From Candidatus Moraniibacteriota bacterium (GTDB taxonomy: Bacteria; Patescibacteriota; Minisyncoccia; Moranbacterales; DUUL01), in the NCBI GenBank assembly GCA_027008775.1, contig JALVDV010000010.1, positions 96,529 to 160,528 of the forward strand: a stretch of DNA of 64,000 nt. The letters are read 5' to 3'. The notes under the pieces were generated by a model that saw only the letters and a program-made list of their open reading frames with translations, was not told where the DNA came from and searched no databases. A program made the translations under genes and the position numbers. This document shows, in pieces, positions 1 through 9,534 of this stretch (positions are counted from its first letter, which is position 1; each line of letters opens with the position of its first letter).

Positions 1-27
1 AAAATAATTTTTGATTATTGATTTTGC

Positions 28-430
28 GGGGGTGACAGGCTTCGACAGGTTGAACTTTTAAAAACCGGCAAGTCAAGCTTGAAAACCATCTTGTAAAACT
101 GGTTTTCAAAGATTTAAGTGCAAATCTAAAAACAAGGGTAAAAACCGCTTTGGCAAATTTATTTGCCAAACCAAGTTTTGCCGCCGCTGTCGCCTAATTG
201 AGCGATAGCCCGTCAACTGACCGACACCTGATAGGTCAGCTTGGCGTCAATTTTCAGGTTGCGAGTATTTTTTCTTCTCTCAAAAAAAATACTCTAAGCG
301 CACTGAGAGACCAACTGTGAGTGTTTTGTTTGTTTAGAGCTCACTGTTGGTATCGCAAAACAAACTAAACTTGTAGAAGGTTTTTGGAAGTCAACTCTGG
401 ACATGGGTTCAAATCCCATCACCTCCACCA
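28..430 (+). ncRNA. ssrA: tmRNA (ssrA)
   Basis: The 5' end GGGGGTG pairs with the 3' CACCTCC, giving a G3:U70 wobble, followed by ACCA. A tRNA-like T-arm GGTTCAAATCC is present. An internal tag reading frame starts at the GCA resume codon at 153 and encodes ANLFAKPSFAAAVA before a TAA stop at 195-197. Confidence 0.85.
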
Positions 431-436
431 ATTGGT

Positions 437-471
437 TTGACTTCTCTTTTTGTTTTATTGTATTATAGCTG
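437..471 (+). promoter_or_regulatory. Putative sigma70 promoter for the infC operon (TTGACT-N18-TG-n-TATTAT)
   Basis: TTGACT at 437-442 is followed by an extended -10 element 'tgTATTAT'. Confidence 0.4.
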
Positions 472-583
472 TAGCTATCGTTTTTTATTCAGAAAAAATT
501 AATATTTAAGATTCAAAAAAATTAGACGAGGACATTATTCACGCAACAAAAAACCGGAAATAAAACGCACAAGGATTAATGAA

Positions 584-1066
584 ATGATTCGGGTGCCTTT
601 TGTTTTTTTGGTTGATGCCGAAGGCAAAAAAGTCGGAGAAATAGAAACCGCCCAAGCTTTGGAAATGGCCAGAGAAGCCGGTCTGGACTTAGTGGAGATT
701 GTTCCCAAGGCTAAACCGCCGGTTTGCAAAATAATTGACTGGGGAAAGTATCAATACCAGCAAGCCAAGAAAAAACAGGACAGCGCCAAGAAGAAAAACA
801 AGGTGGTCGTCAAAGGAGTAAGATTTAGACCAACGACCGGAGAGAATGACTTGGCTTTCAAATTAAAGCAAGCGGAAAAATTTTTAAAAAAAGGCGCTCG
901 CTTAAAAGTGGAAATAATCTTGAGAGGCAGAGAGAAAGCATTTCAAGAAGCCAGCAAACAGAAGTTGCAAGATTTTGTTGACAAAATAGAAATTCCTGTT
1001 AGAATAGAGCAACCTATTCAAAAACAATTTAACGGTTGGAATATTTTACTTTCCCCAAAAAAATAG
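584..1066 (+). CDS. infC: Translation initiation factor IF-3
   Basis: It has the IF-3 N- and C-domain sequence (…DLVEIVPKAKPPVCKIIDWGKY…) and forms the typical infC-rpmI-rplT operon. Confidence 0.9.
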   Translation: MIRVPFVFLVDAEGKKVGEIETAQALEMAREAGLDLVEIVPKAKPPVCKIIDWGKYQYQQAKKKQDSAKKKNKVVVKGVRFRPTTGENDLAFKLKQAEKFLKKGARLKVEIILRGREKAFQEASKQKLQDFVDKIEIPVRIEQPIQKQFNGWNILLSPKK

Positions 1067-1222
1067 TTGCCGTTGATAGAATGAGGATTGCAGCTGAGAA
1101 GTTTAGATGGGGCCGTTAGATTGTTTGTTTTTTTGTTGCCAGAGTTTGAAAAGTTGAATTTTGTTGAGTAATTTTATTAAGTAATTTTCTGAAAAATTTT
1201 AACGAGGATAAAGAAAAAAGAT

Positions 1223-1423
1223 ATGCCCAAATTAAAAACCAGGAAAGCCATCGCCAAGAGAGTGAAAATCACCGGCAAAGGCAAGGTTCTGCGTCGTCGG
1301 GCCGGACAGAATCACTTTAATGCCAAGGAAAGCGGAAAATTGATTCGCAAGAAAAGACGTGACAAAGTGGTTGAGGGTGTGGTGGCTAAGAACATTAAAA
1401 CGGACATTGTTGCCGGATTATAA
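1223..1423 (+). CDS. rpmI: 50S ribosomal protein L35
   Basis: The sequence [25 protein letters not shown] is characteristic of L35. Confidence 0.9.
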   Translation: MPKLKTRKAIAKRVKITGKGKVLRRRAGQNHFNAKESGKLIRKKRRDKVVEGVVAKNIKTDIVAGL

Positions 1424-1441
1424 GAAATTTAATTCAGTGTT

Positions 1442-1789
1442 ATGCCAAGAGTCAAAAGAGGAACAATCGCTTCTAAAAGACGCAAAAAAATTATCAAGGC
1501 CGCCAAGGGTTTTAAATGGCGACGTAAAAGTAATTATCGCGCCGCCAAAGAAGCTTTGATCAAAGCGGGAAAATATGCTTACCGCGATCGCCGAGTAAAA
1601 AAGAGGGTGATGCGACGTTTGTGGATTTTGAGACTAAACAACGCCTTGCGTCAACAAGGAATTAGATATTCCGAATTTATGAAAAAATTGAAAGAAAAGA
1701 AAGTGGAATTGGACAGAAAGGTTATGTCGGAGATGGCGATGGAAAATCCCGAGATTTTTGAGAAATTTGTGGAGGAAATTAAAGCTTAA
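1442..1789 (+). CDS. rplT: 50S ribosomal protein L20
   Basis: The sequence MPRVKRGTIASKRRKKIIKAAKGF…RDRR is characteristic of L20. Confidence 0.9.
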   Translation: MPRVKRGTIASKRRKKIIKAAKGFKWRRKSNYRAAKEALIKAGKYAYRDRRVKKRVMRRLWILRLNNALRQQGIRYSEFMKKLKEKKVELDRKVMSEMAMENPEIFEKFVEEIKA

Positions 1790-1803
1790 TGAATTGGAGA
1801 TAA

Positions 1804-1838
1804 AAAGGGCGGAGCCCAGCCGGGCTCCGCCCTTTTTT
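1804..1838 (+). terminator. Rho-independent terminator after rplT
   Basis: A GGGCGGAGCCC-agc-CGGGCTCCGCCC hairpin is followed by TTTTTT. Confidence 0.8.
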
Positions 1839-1916
1839 CAAATCCTTTTTTAACGCTTTAAACGTTTGCAGAGCACTGTTTGAAAAATCTTGGACTCGTT
1901 TCAACTTCGCGCTTTT

Positions 1917-2699
1917 CTATTCTTGAGGCTCAATAACTAGTTCTATTTTTTTAATAACCACTTTTTGCAGAGGTCTGTCTTTTTGGTCGGTTTCCAGACT
2001 TTCAATTTTATCAATTACTTCTTGACCGGAGATTACCTGACCAAAGACAGTGTGTTTTTTATCCAAAAAATCATTATCATTTGTGTTGATAAAAAATTGA
2101 CTACCATTGGTGTTCGGGCCGGCATTAGCCATAGCGATAGTGTATTTTTTGTTGTGATTATTTGCTCCGATTTCATCTTTGAAAGTGTAGCCCGGTCCAC
2201 CGCTGCCATTTCCCTTGGGATCGCCTCCTTGAATCATAAAATTTTTAATAATCCGATGAAAAGTTAAATTGTTATAAAATCCTTTCCGGGCCAAAGTGCA
2301 AAAATTGGCTATGGTCAGGGGTGTTTGCTTATTAAAGAATTTAATCTTGAACTTGCCAAAGTTGGTGATAATTGTCGCTTCTCGGCAAGTTTTTCCCAAT
2401 TCAGTTTTTATAGGCAACTGCTCCTTGCTGTCATCATTGCTTCCTTCCGCTTGATTGACATTCATTTTATTTTTTTGATCATTGTTCGCTTGCTTGCCCT
2501 CTTTTGCCTTCTCGCTTAAAGTCTTTGCGCCAAACTGTTGAGTTAGAACGGGAATATCTTCTCCCAATTGACGAAGGTCTGTCGCCTGTTTTTTACCTGA
2601 GTTAAGCGGCCGGTTTATTTGATTTTCCGTAGGTTGACTTTGACAACCGGAAAGAATGAATATCAATAGCAAAAATGTTAGCAAGCTGAATTTCTTCAC
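1917..2699 (-). CDS. Cyclophilin-type peptidyl-prolyl cis-trans isomerase, lipoprotein
   Basis: A lipobox (LSGC) follows the signal peptide. The cyclophilin core is present (FHRIIKNFMIQGGDP…GSQFFI…HTVFGQV). Confidence 0.85.
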   Translation of the reverse strand: MKKFSLLTFLLLIFILSGCQSQPTENQINRPLNSGKKQATDLRQLGEDIPVLTQQFGAKTLSEKAKEGKQANNDQKNKMNVNQAEGSNDDSKEQLPIKTELGKTCREATIITNFGKFKIKFFNKQTPLTIANFCTLARKGFYNNLTFHRIIKNFMIQGGDPKGNGSGGPGYTFKDEIGANNHNKKYTIAMANAGPNTNGSQFFINTNDNDFLDKKHTVFGQVISGQEVIDKIESLETDQKDRPLQKVVIKKIELVIEPQE

Positions 2700-2708
2700 G
2701 TCTTTATC

Positions 2709-3047
2709 TTATTTGTTATAAAAAAGTTTTTCGGCTTTTCGTTTAATTAATTGAGTGACAACATCCAAATTGTCTTCCGGAGATAATTTAACGGATTTGA
2801 TTTCTCCGCATTTTTGACAACGATGCTTGAGCCGCCATTTTTGCGATTTAAACTGGGCATCAACCGGTTCCATCAGCCCGCCACAATCATTTTGGCGGTC
2901 ACCCGGCCGGATGTCAACATGTTTGGACCAAAGACAATGGGGGCAATGATTGGTGTAGCCATTCCCCTTTACTTCTTGTCCGCAATTTTGACAAACAAAA
3001 TTTTCAAAACGGCGCTGAAATTTTTTTTCAAAAATTTGTTCACCCAT
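2709..3047 (-). CDS. RNHCP-domain zinc-ribbon protein
   Basis: The NHCPHC motif is present together with several CxxC pairs. Confidence 0.6.
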   Translation of the reverse strand: MGEQIFEKKFQRRFENFVCQNCGQEVKGNGYTNHCPHCLWSKHVDIRPGDRQNDCGGLMEPVDAQFKSQKWRLKHRCQKCGEIKSVKLSPEDNLDVVTQLIKRKAEKLFYNK

Positions 3048-3064
3048 TTTTGTCGCTTATTAGG

Positions 3065-4033
3065 TTAATTTTTGTCAGAGTCGGTTAAAGTCCGCCAGGA
3101 AAAATTGGCGGGATTTCCGGACTTGGTCCGGCTGTATTTTAAAATATATTTTTTGGCTTTTTGCAACAAATAATCGGCTTTTTGTGGATTGGAAATTTTG
3201 TGAAAATTCCGCAAGAGAGCGGTCGGCCCGGGAATTTCCGCCAATTCCAAGAGTAAATCTTCCGCTTGCGCTTTTTTAATCAGTTCTCTGTTTTCTTCTT
3301 GACTCCTACCCAGGATTAGGTGCCATTTCGTTTCCCCCGCTTTCGGCCAAAAATGGCGTCCTATTTTCAGAGATTGAAAATCTTGATTTTTCAAGGGCTT
3401 ATTTTTACTTTCCGTTTGTAAAAGATTCTTTACTTTTAAACCAAACTTTTCTTCGGTCAGCGGGCAACCGCCGGCGGGATTAGGGTAGTATTTCAGATTA
3501 AATTTTTTAACCAAGGACAGTTGCTTTTGCCGACTGCGTCCGGAAATATCCAGCAGTTTTTCTCTATCCACCAGGCCTTCTTGTTCATAAACGGTTTTCG
3601 GCAATAGTTTGGCGCTCAGAGGTCTGAGCAGACGATTTTCCAGGCCGGCTAAAATTTCCACTTTTCTGAGAGCCTCCCTGTTTTGAGAAAACGGCCTCTG
3701 TCCCACCACTTCCCCGCTGGCAATGATATCAATTTTTTTCTCCCGGGCAACTTGCTTGGCTACTCTGAACATCAAGCCGTGGCAATCAACACAGGGATTC
3801 AATCCCTTGCCGTAGCCGTATTTCGGATTCTTGACCACCGCCAATTGTTCCTCGGCAATGTTTTTAACCAGCAGAGGAATTTTCAGTTGCTTGACCGACT
3901 TTTCAGCCTCCTTCTCGTTGAAGAAATGACTGACAAAAGAAAGGGCTGTCACTTCAATTCCCTGCCGTTGCAAGATAGCTACCGCCAAAATGGAGTCCAA
4001 TCCGCCGGAAAATAATACCAAGGCTTTGCTCAT
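3065..4033 (-). CDS. PP-loop ATP pyrophosphatase family protein (ThiI/MnmA-like tRNA thiolase-like)
   Basis: It has an N-terminal SGGLDS PP-loop and a CVDCH cysteine pair. Confidence 0.6.
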   Translation of the reverse strand: MSKALVLFSGGLDSILAVAILQRQGIEVTALSFVSHFFNEKEAEKSVKQLKIPLLVKNIAEEQLAVVKNPKYGYGKGLNPCVDCHGLMFRVAKQVAREKKIDIIASGEVVGQRPFSQNREALRKVEILAGLENRLLRPLSAKLLPKTVYEQEGLVDREKLLDISGRSRQKQLSLVKKFNLKYYPNPAGGCPLTEEKFGLKVKNLLQTESKNKPLKNQDFQSLKIGRHFWPKAGETKWHLILGRSQEENRELIKKAQAEDLLLELAEIPGPTALLRNFHKISNPQKADYLLQKAKKYILKYSRTKSGNPANFSWRTLTDSDKN

Positions 4034-4205
4034 ATTTTCAGCTTTTGAAATTATTTTTACTGTTGGCAGTTTAACACCGGGTCAAAGGAAAAGCAAGGAA
4101 TTTTAGTTGACTTTCGGCTTACAATGTGCTAGCGTTTTGAGGTGTAGTACATTCAGACAATGCCCTGCTCTCAGGCAGGGTAAAAAAATCAAAGGAGGTT
4201 GTTGA

Positions 4206-4547
4206 ATGCCGAGAATTGAAATTAAAGAAGGCAGAATTGTCGGGAAGATGAAGAGAGATGGCAGGAATTGTTTGGAGGTGGTTCTAATAGATCTGGTTGA
4301 TGAGCCAAAAGTGCTGGGGTCAGCCATGATTACAGGAAGGGATTGCCGGAGCTGTACCATTGAAATACACCCGATCGGAGGGGCTATCGTTGTCACCCTC
4401 AAAAAGGGTGTGAATACCAGGACCTATGTATTGACATACGAGGTTCTGGTGGAAGAAGGGAGGAGAAAAAAAATTCTGGAGCTCATGCTCCAAAAAACAT
4501 ATTTCAGCAGAGTCTGGGGACGAAAGCTCCCCAAACGTGAAAAATAG
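4206..4547 (+). CDS. Hypothetical small protein (paralog 1)
   Basis: A strong SD (AAAGGAGG) lies 8 nt upstream. The protein is homologous to the ORF at 4830-5135 and is followed by its own terminator at about 4558-4600. Confidence 0.55.
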   Translation: MPRIEIKEGRIVGKMKRDGRNCLEVVLIDLVDEPKVLGSAMITGRDCRSCTIEIHPIGGAIVVTLKKGVNTRTYVLTYEVLVEEGRRKKILELMLQKTYFSRVWGRKLPKREK

Positions 4548-4829
4548 AATCTAAAGAAACCGGAAGGACAATTGTCCGACCGGTTTTTCTTTTTATTTTT
4601 TAAGCTTTTATTCTGTTTTTCACCGACTTTTTATTGAACAATCCGCAGTACTAAAAACCTCCTTTTTGAACCACCCTTCTTAGTTTTTTACCACTAATTG
4701 AAAGTGTATAGCAATCTTTCCCGTCTCAACTAACTTGCTTTTTTTTCTTGTTTGTGTCATATTTGTCTGTCATTCAGTTCTTTTAAATTTGAGTACTTTG
4801 CCATAGAAAATATCAAAGGAGGAAAAATT

Positions 4830-5135
4830 ATGCCAAAAATTTTTTTGGAAGAGGGAAAGGTGACAAAAATAATTAAGGATTTTGGAGAGAAGGATGTGTT
4901 ATATCTCTCTATTGAGGATCCGGTATCGGTCCGTAGCTATTTGATGGATGATACCGGAAAATTAACCGACAATAAGGCCGGGGTCAACGGTTCCTGGCCA
5001 GGCATTAAATATGCCGTTATCATCACTTCCATGCGTCCAATGGAAGTGATGTCAATTGAGTTCAGAAAAGGAGGCAGATACCTCCTGATATATTATGGAG
5101 GATCTGATTTTTCTTTTTTTAAGGCGACAGAATGA
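4830..5135 (+). CDS. Hypothetical small protein (paralog 2)
   Basis: Start from ATG at 4830, preceded by an AAAGGAGG SD. The N-terminus MPKIFLEEGKVTKI aligns with MPRIEIKEGRIVGK of paralog 1. Confidence 0.55.
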   Translation: MPKIFLEEGKVTKIIKDFGEKDVLYLSIEDPVSVRSYLMDDTGKLTDNKAGVNGSWPGIKYAVIITSMRPMEVMSIEFRKGGRYLLIYYGGSDFSFFKATE

Positions 5136-5248
5136 AAAAGGATGGTGCTACCCACACCGGGTTGATTAGTTGAGTTGGAACCAAAATATCTTAACTAACT
5201 GCCCGGTTATTTTATTTTCCACTGATATACTTTGGGCGTTTTTAAGCG

Positions 5249-5830
5249 TTAGATGTTGAGTCCGGTTTTTATTAGGAGAAAACGATAAAGCGCCAGGCTC
5301 ATAAGAATAAGAAATATCATTATCAGCCAATAGTATTTTTTACGATGTTGGTGGTGGAAGACCCTTTCTTGGTGAGTCACCTTGTCCAGCAATTCGTCAC
5401 CAAAGAGAATGGATAAAAATGTGCCCAAAGCGGAAATAAAAATAATAGACCAGAAAGGAATGGGGTGAGTTAAAATATTCTTAAACAATCTCAGCAATTC
5501 TGTTTTTTCGTAAACTTCCGGCTGAAAGAAAAAAGTATAAACGTTGAGGACGGCAGCGATAACCCAAACAATGATTTCTGCCCGGATCATTCTAATGTTT
5601 GTAACCAGACGCAAAGGAAAGTCAATCAAAAAACCGGCATCAGCAACGGGTGTGCAAAAGACAAAAAAGGACCAGGTTAAGACGGCCACTTGAAAGCCCT
5701 CCCCCGCCCCGTATTTTTTGGCTACCCAAAAAAAGTAGGCAAAAAAGATACCGACTATTAAAATAAATTTATAAAGAACTCTTCTTTTGGTTTGGTGTTT
5801 GATTAGATTGGGCCAAATTTTTTCTGACAT
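5249..5830 (-). CDS. Integral membrane protein, function unknown
   Basis: The sequence contains several hydrophobic helices. Confidence 0.5.
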   Translation of the reverse strand: MSEKIWPNLIKHQTKRRVLYKFILIVGIFFAYFFWVAKKYGAGEGFQVAVLTWSFFVFCTPVADAGFLIDFPLRLVTNIRMIRAEIIVWVIAAVLNVYTFFFQPEVYEKTELLRLFKNILTHPIPFWSIIFISALGTFLSILFGDELLDKVTHQERVFHHQHRKKYYWLIMIFLILMSLALYRFLLIKTGLNI

Positions 5831-5896
5831 AATTTAAAATTTAATGTTTTCACTTGGGCTACTTGAACGCTTGTTCATCCCTTCCATTTGCGCTTC

Positions 5897-6712
5897 TCAA
5901 CGAAGCAAAAAAAGCCAAATAATCAGAGCCAGTCCCAGACGATACCAAAAAAATATTTTATAACTTGTCTGATTAACAAATTTCATTAAACCGGCAATAG
6001 CCAGGTAACCACTGAGAGCGGCCGCTATTACTCCACTGATCTCATACCAGCCCACTCCTTGAGAAAATAGCGCCGGCATTTTATAAAGAACCGCGCCAAG
6101 GATAATGGGGATAGAAAGCAAGAAGGAAAAACGAGCAGCCGCCCGACGATTAAAATTCAGAAACAGGCCGGTGGTAATGGTGACGCCGGAACGGGAGGTG
6201 CCGGGAATAATAGCTAGGGCCTGTGACAATCCGATTAAAACGGCATCACGAAAATTCAGATTTTTGAGAGAGCGTCGTTGGCGGGAAATTAGATCAGCCC
6301 AATAAAGCAAGCCCCCAAAGAAAACCAAGGTGAAAGCAATTAAGGTCGGATTACGCAGAGCTTGTTCGGCCAAATCATTTAAAAAGTAACCGGCCAGCGC
6401 GCCCGGAATGGTGGCTAAAACCAACAGAGACAAAATTTTGTCCGGATAAAACTGTTTCTTGTTTTGGTTTGGCAGGATTTGCTTGATTTTGAATTGGTGT
6501 AAGAAATGAACAAATATTTCCCAAAGATCAGCGCGAAAATAAGTTATCACCGCCAGTAAAGTTCCCAAATGCAAAGCAACATCAAAAGCCAACCCCGGAT
6601 CGGGCCAGTGAAAAAATTTTGGCAAAAGAATGAGATGAGCCGACGAGGAAATTGGCAGAAATTCCGTTAATCCCTGGATAATACCAAGAACAATTGCTTG
6701 ACTTATTTCCAT
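5897..6712 (-). CDS. uppP: Undecaprenyl-diphosphatase
   Basis: The sequence MEISQAIVLGIIQGLTEFLPISSSAHL… matches the BacA/UppP family. Confidence 0.9.
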   Translation of the reverse strand: MEISQAIVLGIIQGLTEFLPISSSAHLILLPKFFHWPDPGLAFDVALHLGTLLAVITYFRADLWEIFVHFLHQFKIKQILPNQNKKQFYPDKILSLLVLATIPGALAGYFLNDLAEQALRNPTLIAFTLVFFGGLLYWADLISRQRRSLKNLNFRDAVLIGLSQALAIIPGTSRSGVTITTGLFLNFNRRAAARFSFLLSIPIILGAVLYKMPALFSQGVGWYEISGVIAAALSGYLAIAGLMKFVNQTSYKIFFWYRLGLALIIWLFLLR

Positions 6713-7046
6713 CTACTTTTTATTTATCAACCGGTTAATTAAATTTGATTGTTTGCAAAGAGAAAGTTGGCAAAGATTTCCTTTCTCGGTTTTGTTCATT
6801 ATAGCACTCTGCCTTGAAGTTACAAATCCCCCACCGATGACTGCTTAAAAAACCACTTTTGTTTTATGGTCAATATTTTGAAATATTTTGTCGGGAATTA
6901 TTTTGAATAATGTAATGACCGATTCTGCAATCTCATTGCAAATTATTTGCCTTTGCTTTGTTTTTTAGTTATTATGACAGAGAGGAGTTTTGTCTTGACT
7001 AAACCGGTAAATAGTATATTATTAGTAGGTCTTTTTAAAACATTGT

Positions 7047-7120
7047 GGGGGCGTAGCTCAGCTGGTTAGAGCGTCTGCCTGTCACGCAGAAGGTCGAGGG
7101 TTCAAGTCCCTTCGTCCCCG
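7047..7120 (+). tRNA. tRNA-Asp(GTC)
   Basis: A cloverleaf was folded by eye with anticodon loop cTGTCAc. No CCA is encoded. Confidence 0.8.
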
Positions 7121-7128
7121 CTTTTTTC

Positions 7129-7202
7129 GGGCGTTTAGCTCAGGTGGTTAGAGCGCGTCGCTGATAACGACGAGGTCCCAGGTTCAAGTCCTGGATCGCC
7201 CA
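7129..7202 (+). tRNA. tRNA-Ile(GAT)
   Basis: The anticodon stem is cgtcg/cgacg and the loop is cTGATAa. Confidence 0.75.
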
Positions 7203-7238
7203 CATTTTGCCAGCGCATTGTTTGTAAATAATTTTTCG

Positions 7239-7311
7239 GGGCCGGTAGCTCACCTGGTAGAGCACCTCGTTTGCACCGAGGAGGTAGCGGGTTCAAGTCC
7301 TGTCCGGTCCA
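7239..7311 (+). tRNA. tRNA-Ala(TGC)
   Basis: The anticodon loop is tTTGCAc and the acceptor stem has the G3:U70 pair. Confidence 0.8.
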
Positions 7312-7395
7312 CAATGAGCCAACTATTGCTTTTTTGTCAAAAGTATGCTAGGTTTCTCTGGTACGGGTTGGCACAGTAATTGATAAGTAAAATAT

Positions 7396-7719
7396 ATGAA
7401 AACCGACATTCAACCTAAATATTACGAAAAAGCCACTATTACTTGCTCTTGCGGTCATGTTTTTACCGTTGGTTCAACAGTGGAAAAAATGCAGGTGGAA
7501 GTTTGCAGTAATTGTCATCCTTTTTATACCGGTAAGAAAAAATTGGTTGATAGCGCCGGTCAGGTTGATCGTTTCCAGAAGAGAATGGCTATGGCTGAGA
7601 AACTAAAAAAGAAGCAAGAAAAGAAAAAGAAGGCTGTTCAAACTACGAAGAAGACAAAAGCGAAAAAAGAAGCCAAGATTAGTCAAAAAAACGTCAAACA
7701 AGACAAAGAAAATAAATAG
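7396..7719 (+). CDS. rpmE: 50S ribosomal protein L31 with a Lys-rich C-terminal extension
   Basis: The L31 core is present ([21 protein letters not shown]…[11 protein letters not shown]). Confidence 0.9.
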   Translation: MKTDIQPKYYEKATITCSCGHVFTVGSTVEKMQVEVCSNCHPFYTGKKKLVDSAGQVDRFQKRMAMAEKLKKKQEKKKKAVQTTKKTKAKKEAKISQKNVKQDKENK

Positions 7720-8021
7720 CTTAGCGGATTTCCTTTGTTTTATTTTCAATTGTCTTGTTTTTTGTTACCCTGAGTTACTTTTGCTATTTCTTGAGGTTTA
7801 AGATGGGGTCGTGTTGGTTTTTGTGTTATAATTTAAGCAGTTCTGGTGGATTAACAGTTACTGTGATTTTCTTAATTTCTTGTCAAGATTTCCGCGCACT
7901 ATTTTTAATTGAATTTTGGACTTTTTTCATTAAGATAAGTAGATAACTTGAAAAAATAATAGTTGGGAAATTGATGGGTTAGTGAATATTTAAATAAATT
8001 GTCGGTAAAAAATAAACAAAG

Positions 8022-9092
8022 ATGTCCGAAGTGGAAAATTACAAAGAAGAATTAAAGAAAATAGAAGCAGAGATTGCCAATCCAGACAATTTTTCTGACG
8101 GCAAAAAATTAAAGAAGTTGGCCACCAGAAAAGCCGAGTTGGAAAAAATTGTTCGGACAGCTGAAGTCCTGTCCTCTTTACAAAACGAATTCATTGAGAA
8201 TGAAAAATTGGCTGCCGGCGAGAATGATAAGGAATTGGCAGAAATGGCGCGAGAGGAAAATAAAAAAATTAAAAACAAGATGGCCGAATTGGAAAAGGAG
8301 TTGGCGGCTTTATTGCAACCGAAGGACCCTAATGATGAGAAGGATGTAATAGTGGAAATAAGGGCCGGCGCCGGTGGCGATGAATCGGCCCTCTTTGCCG
8401 CCGATCTTTTCCGGATGTATGCTCGCTACGCCGAGAAACAGGGTTGGCAAATAAAAATTTTAAATTCTCACCAAAATTCTTTGGGTGGTTACAAGGAAGT
8501 TATATTTGAAATAACTGGGGAAAATGTTTATGGACAAATGAAATATGAATCCGGCGTCCACCGGGTGCAGAGAATTCCGGAGACGGAAAAACAGGGACGA
8601 ATTCATACCTCTACCGCTACGGTGGCCATACTGCCTCAAGCGGAAGAAGTTGATCTGGAAATAAAAAAAGAAGATTTGCGAATAGATACTTTTGCCTCTT
8701 CCGGTCCGGGGGGCCAGAGTGTCAATACCACTATGAGCGCCGTGAGAATCACCCACTTGCCTACCGGAATAGTCGCCTCCTGTCAGGACCAAAAAAGCCA
8801 ATTGCAAAACAAAGAGCAAGCAATGAAAGTTTTGCGTTCGCGAATATTGCAGGCGGAAGAAGAGAAAAGAAGACAAGAATCGGTTGAGCAACGTCGCGGA
8901 CAAATCGGCACCGGTGACAGGAGTGAAAAAATAAGAACCTACAATTTTCCCCAAGACAGAGTGACTGATCATCGGATCAAGAAGTCGTGGGGAAATCTGG
9001 AAGACATTTTGGATGGAAACATTGGAAAAATTACGGAGAGCATTAAAGAGGTGGATAGAGAGAGAAAAATTAAAAAAGGTGTAAATTCTTAA
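8022..9092 (+). CDS. prfA: Peptide chain release factor 1
   Basis: The GGQ motif ([11 protein letters not shown]) is present together with an RF1-type PxT motif (PET). Confidence 0.9.
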   Translation: MSEVENYKEELKKIEAEIANPDNFSDGKKLKKLATRKAELEKIVRTAEVLSSLQNEFIENEKLAAGENDKELAEMAREENKKIKNKMAELEKELAALLQPKDPNDEKDVIVEIRAGAGGDESALFAADLFRMYARYAEKQGWQIKILNSHQNSLGGYKEVIFEITGENVYGQMKYESGVHRVQRIPETEKQGRIHTSTATVAILPQAEEVDLEIKKEDLRIDTFASSGPGGQSVNTTMSAVRITHLPTGIVASCQDQKSQLQNKEQAMKVLRSRILQAEEEKRRQESVEQRRGQIGTGDRSEKIRTYNFPQDRVTDHRIKKSWGNLEDILDGNIGKITESIKEVDRERKIKKGVNS

Positions 9093-9233
9093 TATGTTGT
9101 TGGGAAGGAGTGGTACTCTGAGCAAAGTCGCCGATGTGTTACTAAAAAATATTCCGGGATTGAGACTGGCAAGAAAGAAATAGTCCTCTTGGTAATTGAC
9201 TTTCTTGTCAAAAATGATACCATTTTGAGCAAT

Positions 9234-9307
9234 GTCCCGATAGCTCAGCTGGATAGAGCAACGGCCTTCTAAGCCGTAGGTCGCAGGTTCGAATCCTGCT
9301 CGGGACA
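9234..9307 (+). tRNA. tRNA-Arg(TCT)
   Basis: The anticodon loop is cTTCTAa and the acceptor stem gtcccga/tcgggac pairs. Confidence 0.8.
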
Positions 9308-9389
9308 CCCTAGAAAGTTGTAGATTGTGGGAAAAATGTGGTAAAATGATGGTGCCAGGAATATTGTTGAAAATGTAAATGCGCAAAGA

Positions 9390-9473
9390 GCCTCGGTGGC
9401 GGAATTGGTAGACGCGTTGGACTCAAAATCCAATGATAGCAATATCGTGAGAGTTCAAATCTCTCCCGAGGCA
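9390..9473 (+). tRNA. tRNA-Leu(CAA)
   Basis: There is a long variable arm, an anticodon loop cTCAAAa, and a gcctcgg/ccgaggc acceptor stem. Confidence 0.8.
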
Positions 9474-9534
9474 CACTAATAAATTTTATTTATTAAAAGG
9501 TCGAAAACATAATAAGTATTAAACACAAAAAAAA

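Noticed and set aside
8460-9386. 308-aa minus-strand ORF
   Set aside because: It lies entirely antisense to prfA and extends across tRNA-Arg (9234-9307), so it is a spurious long ORF.
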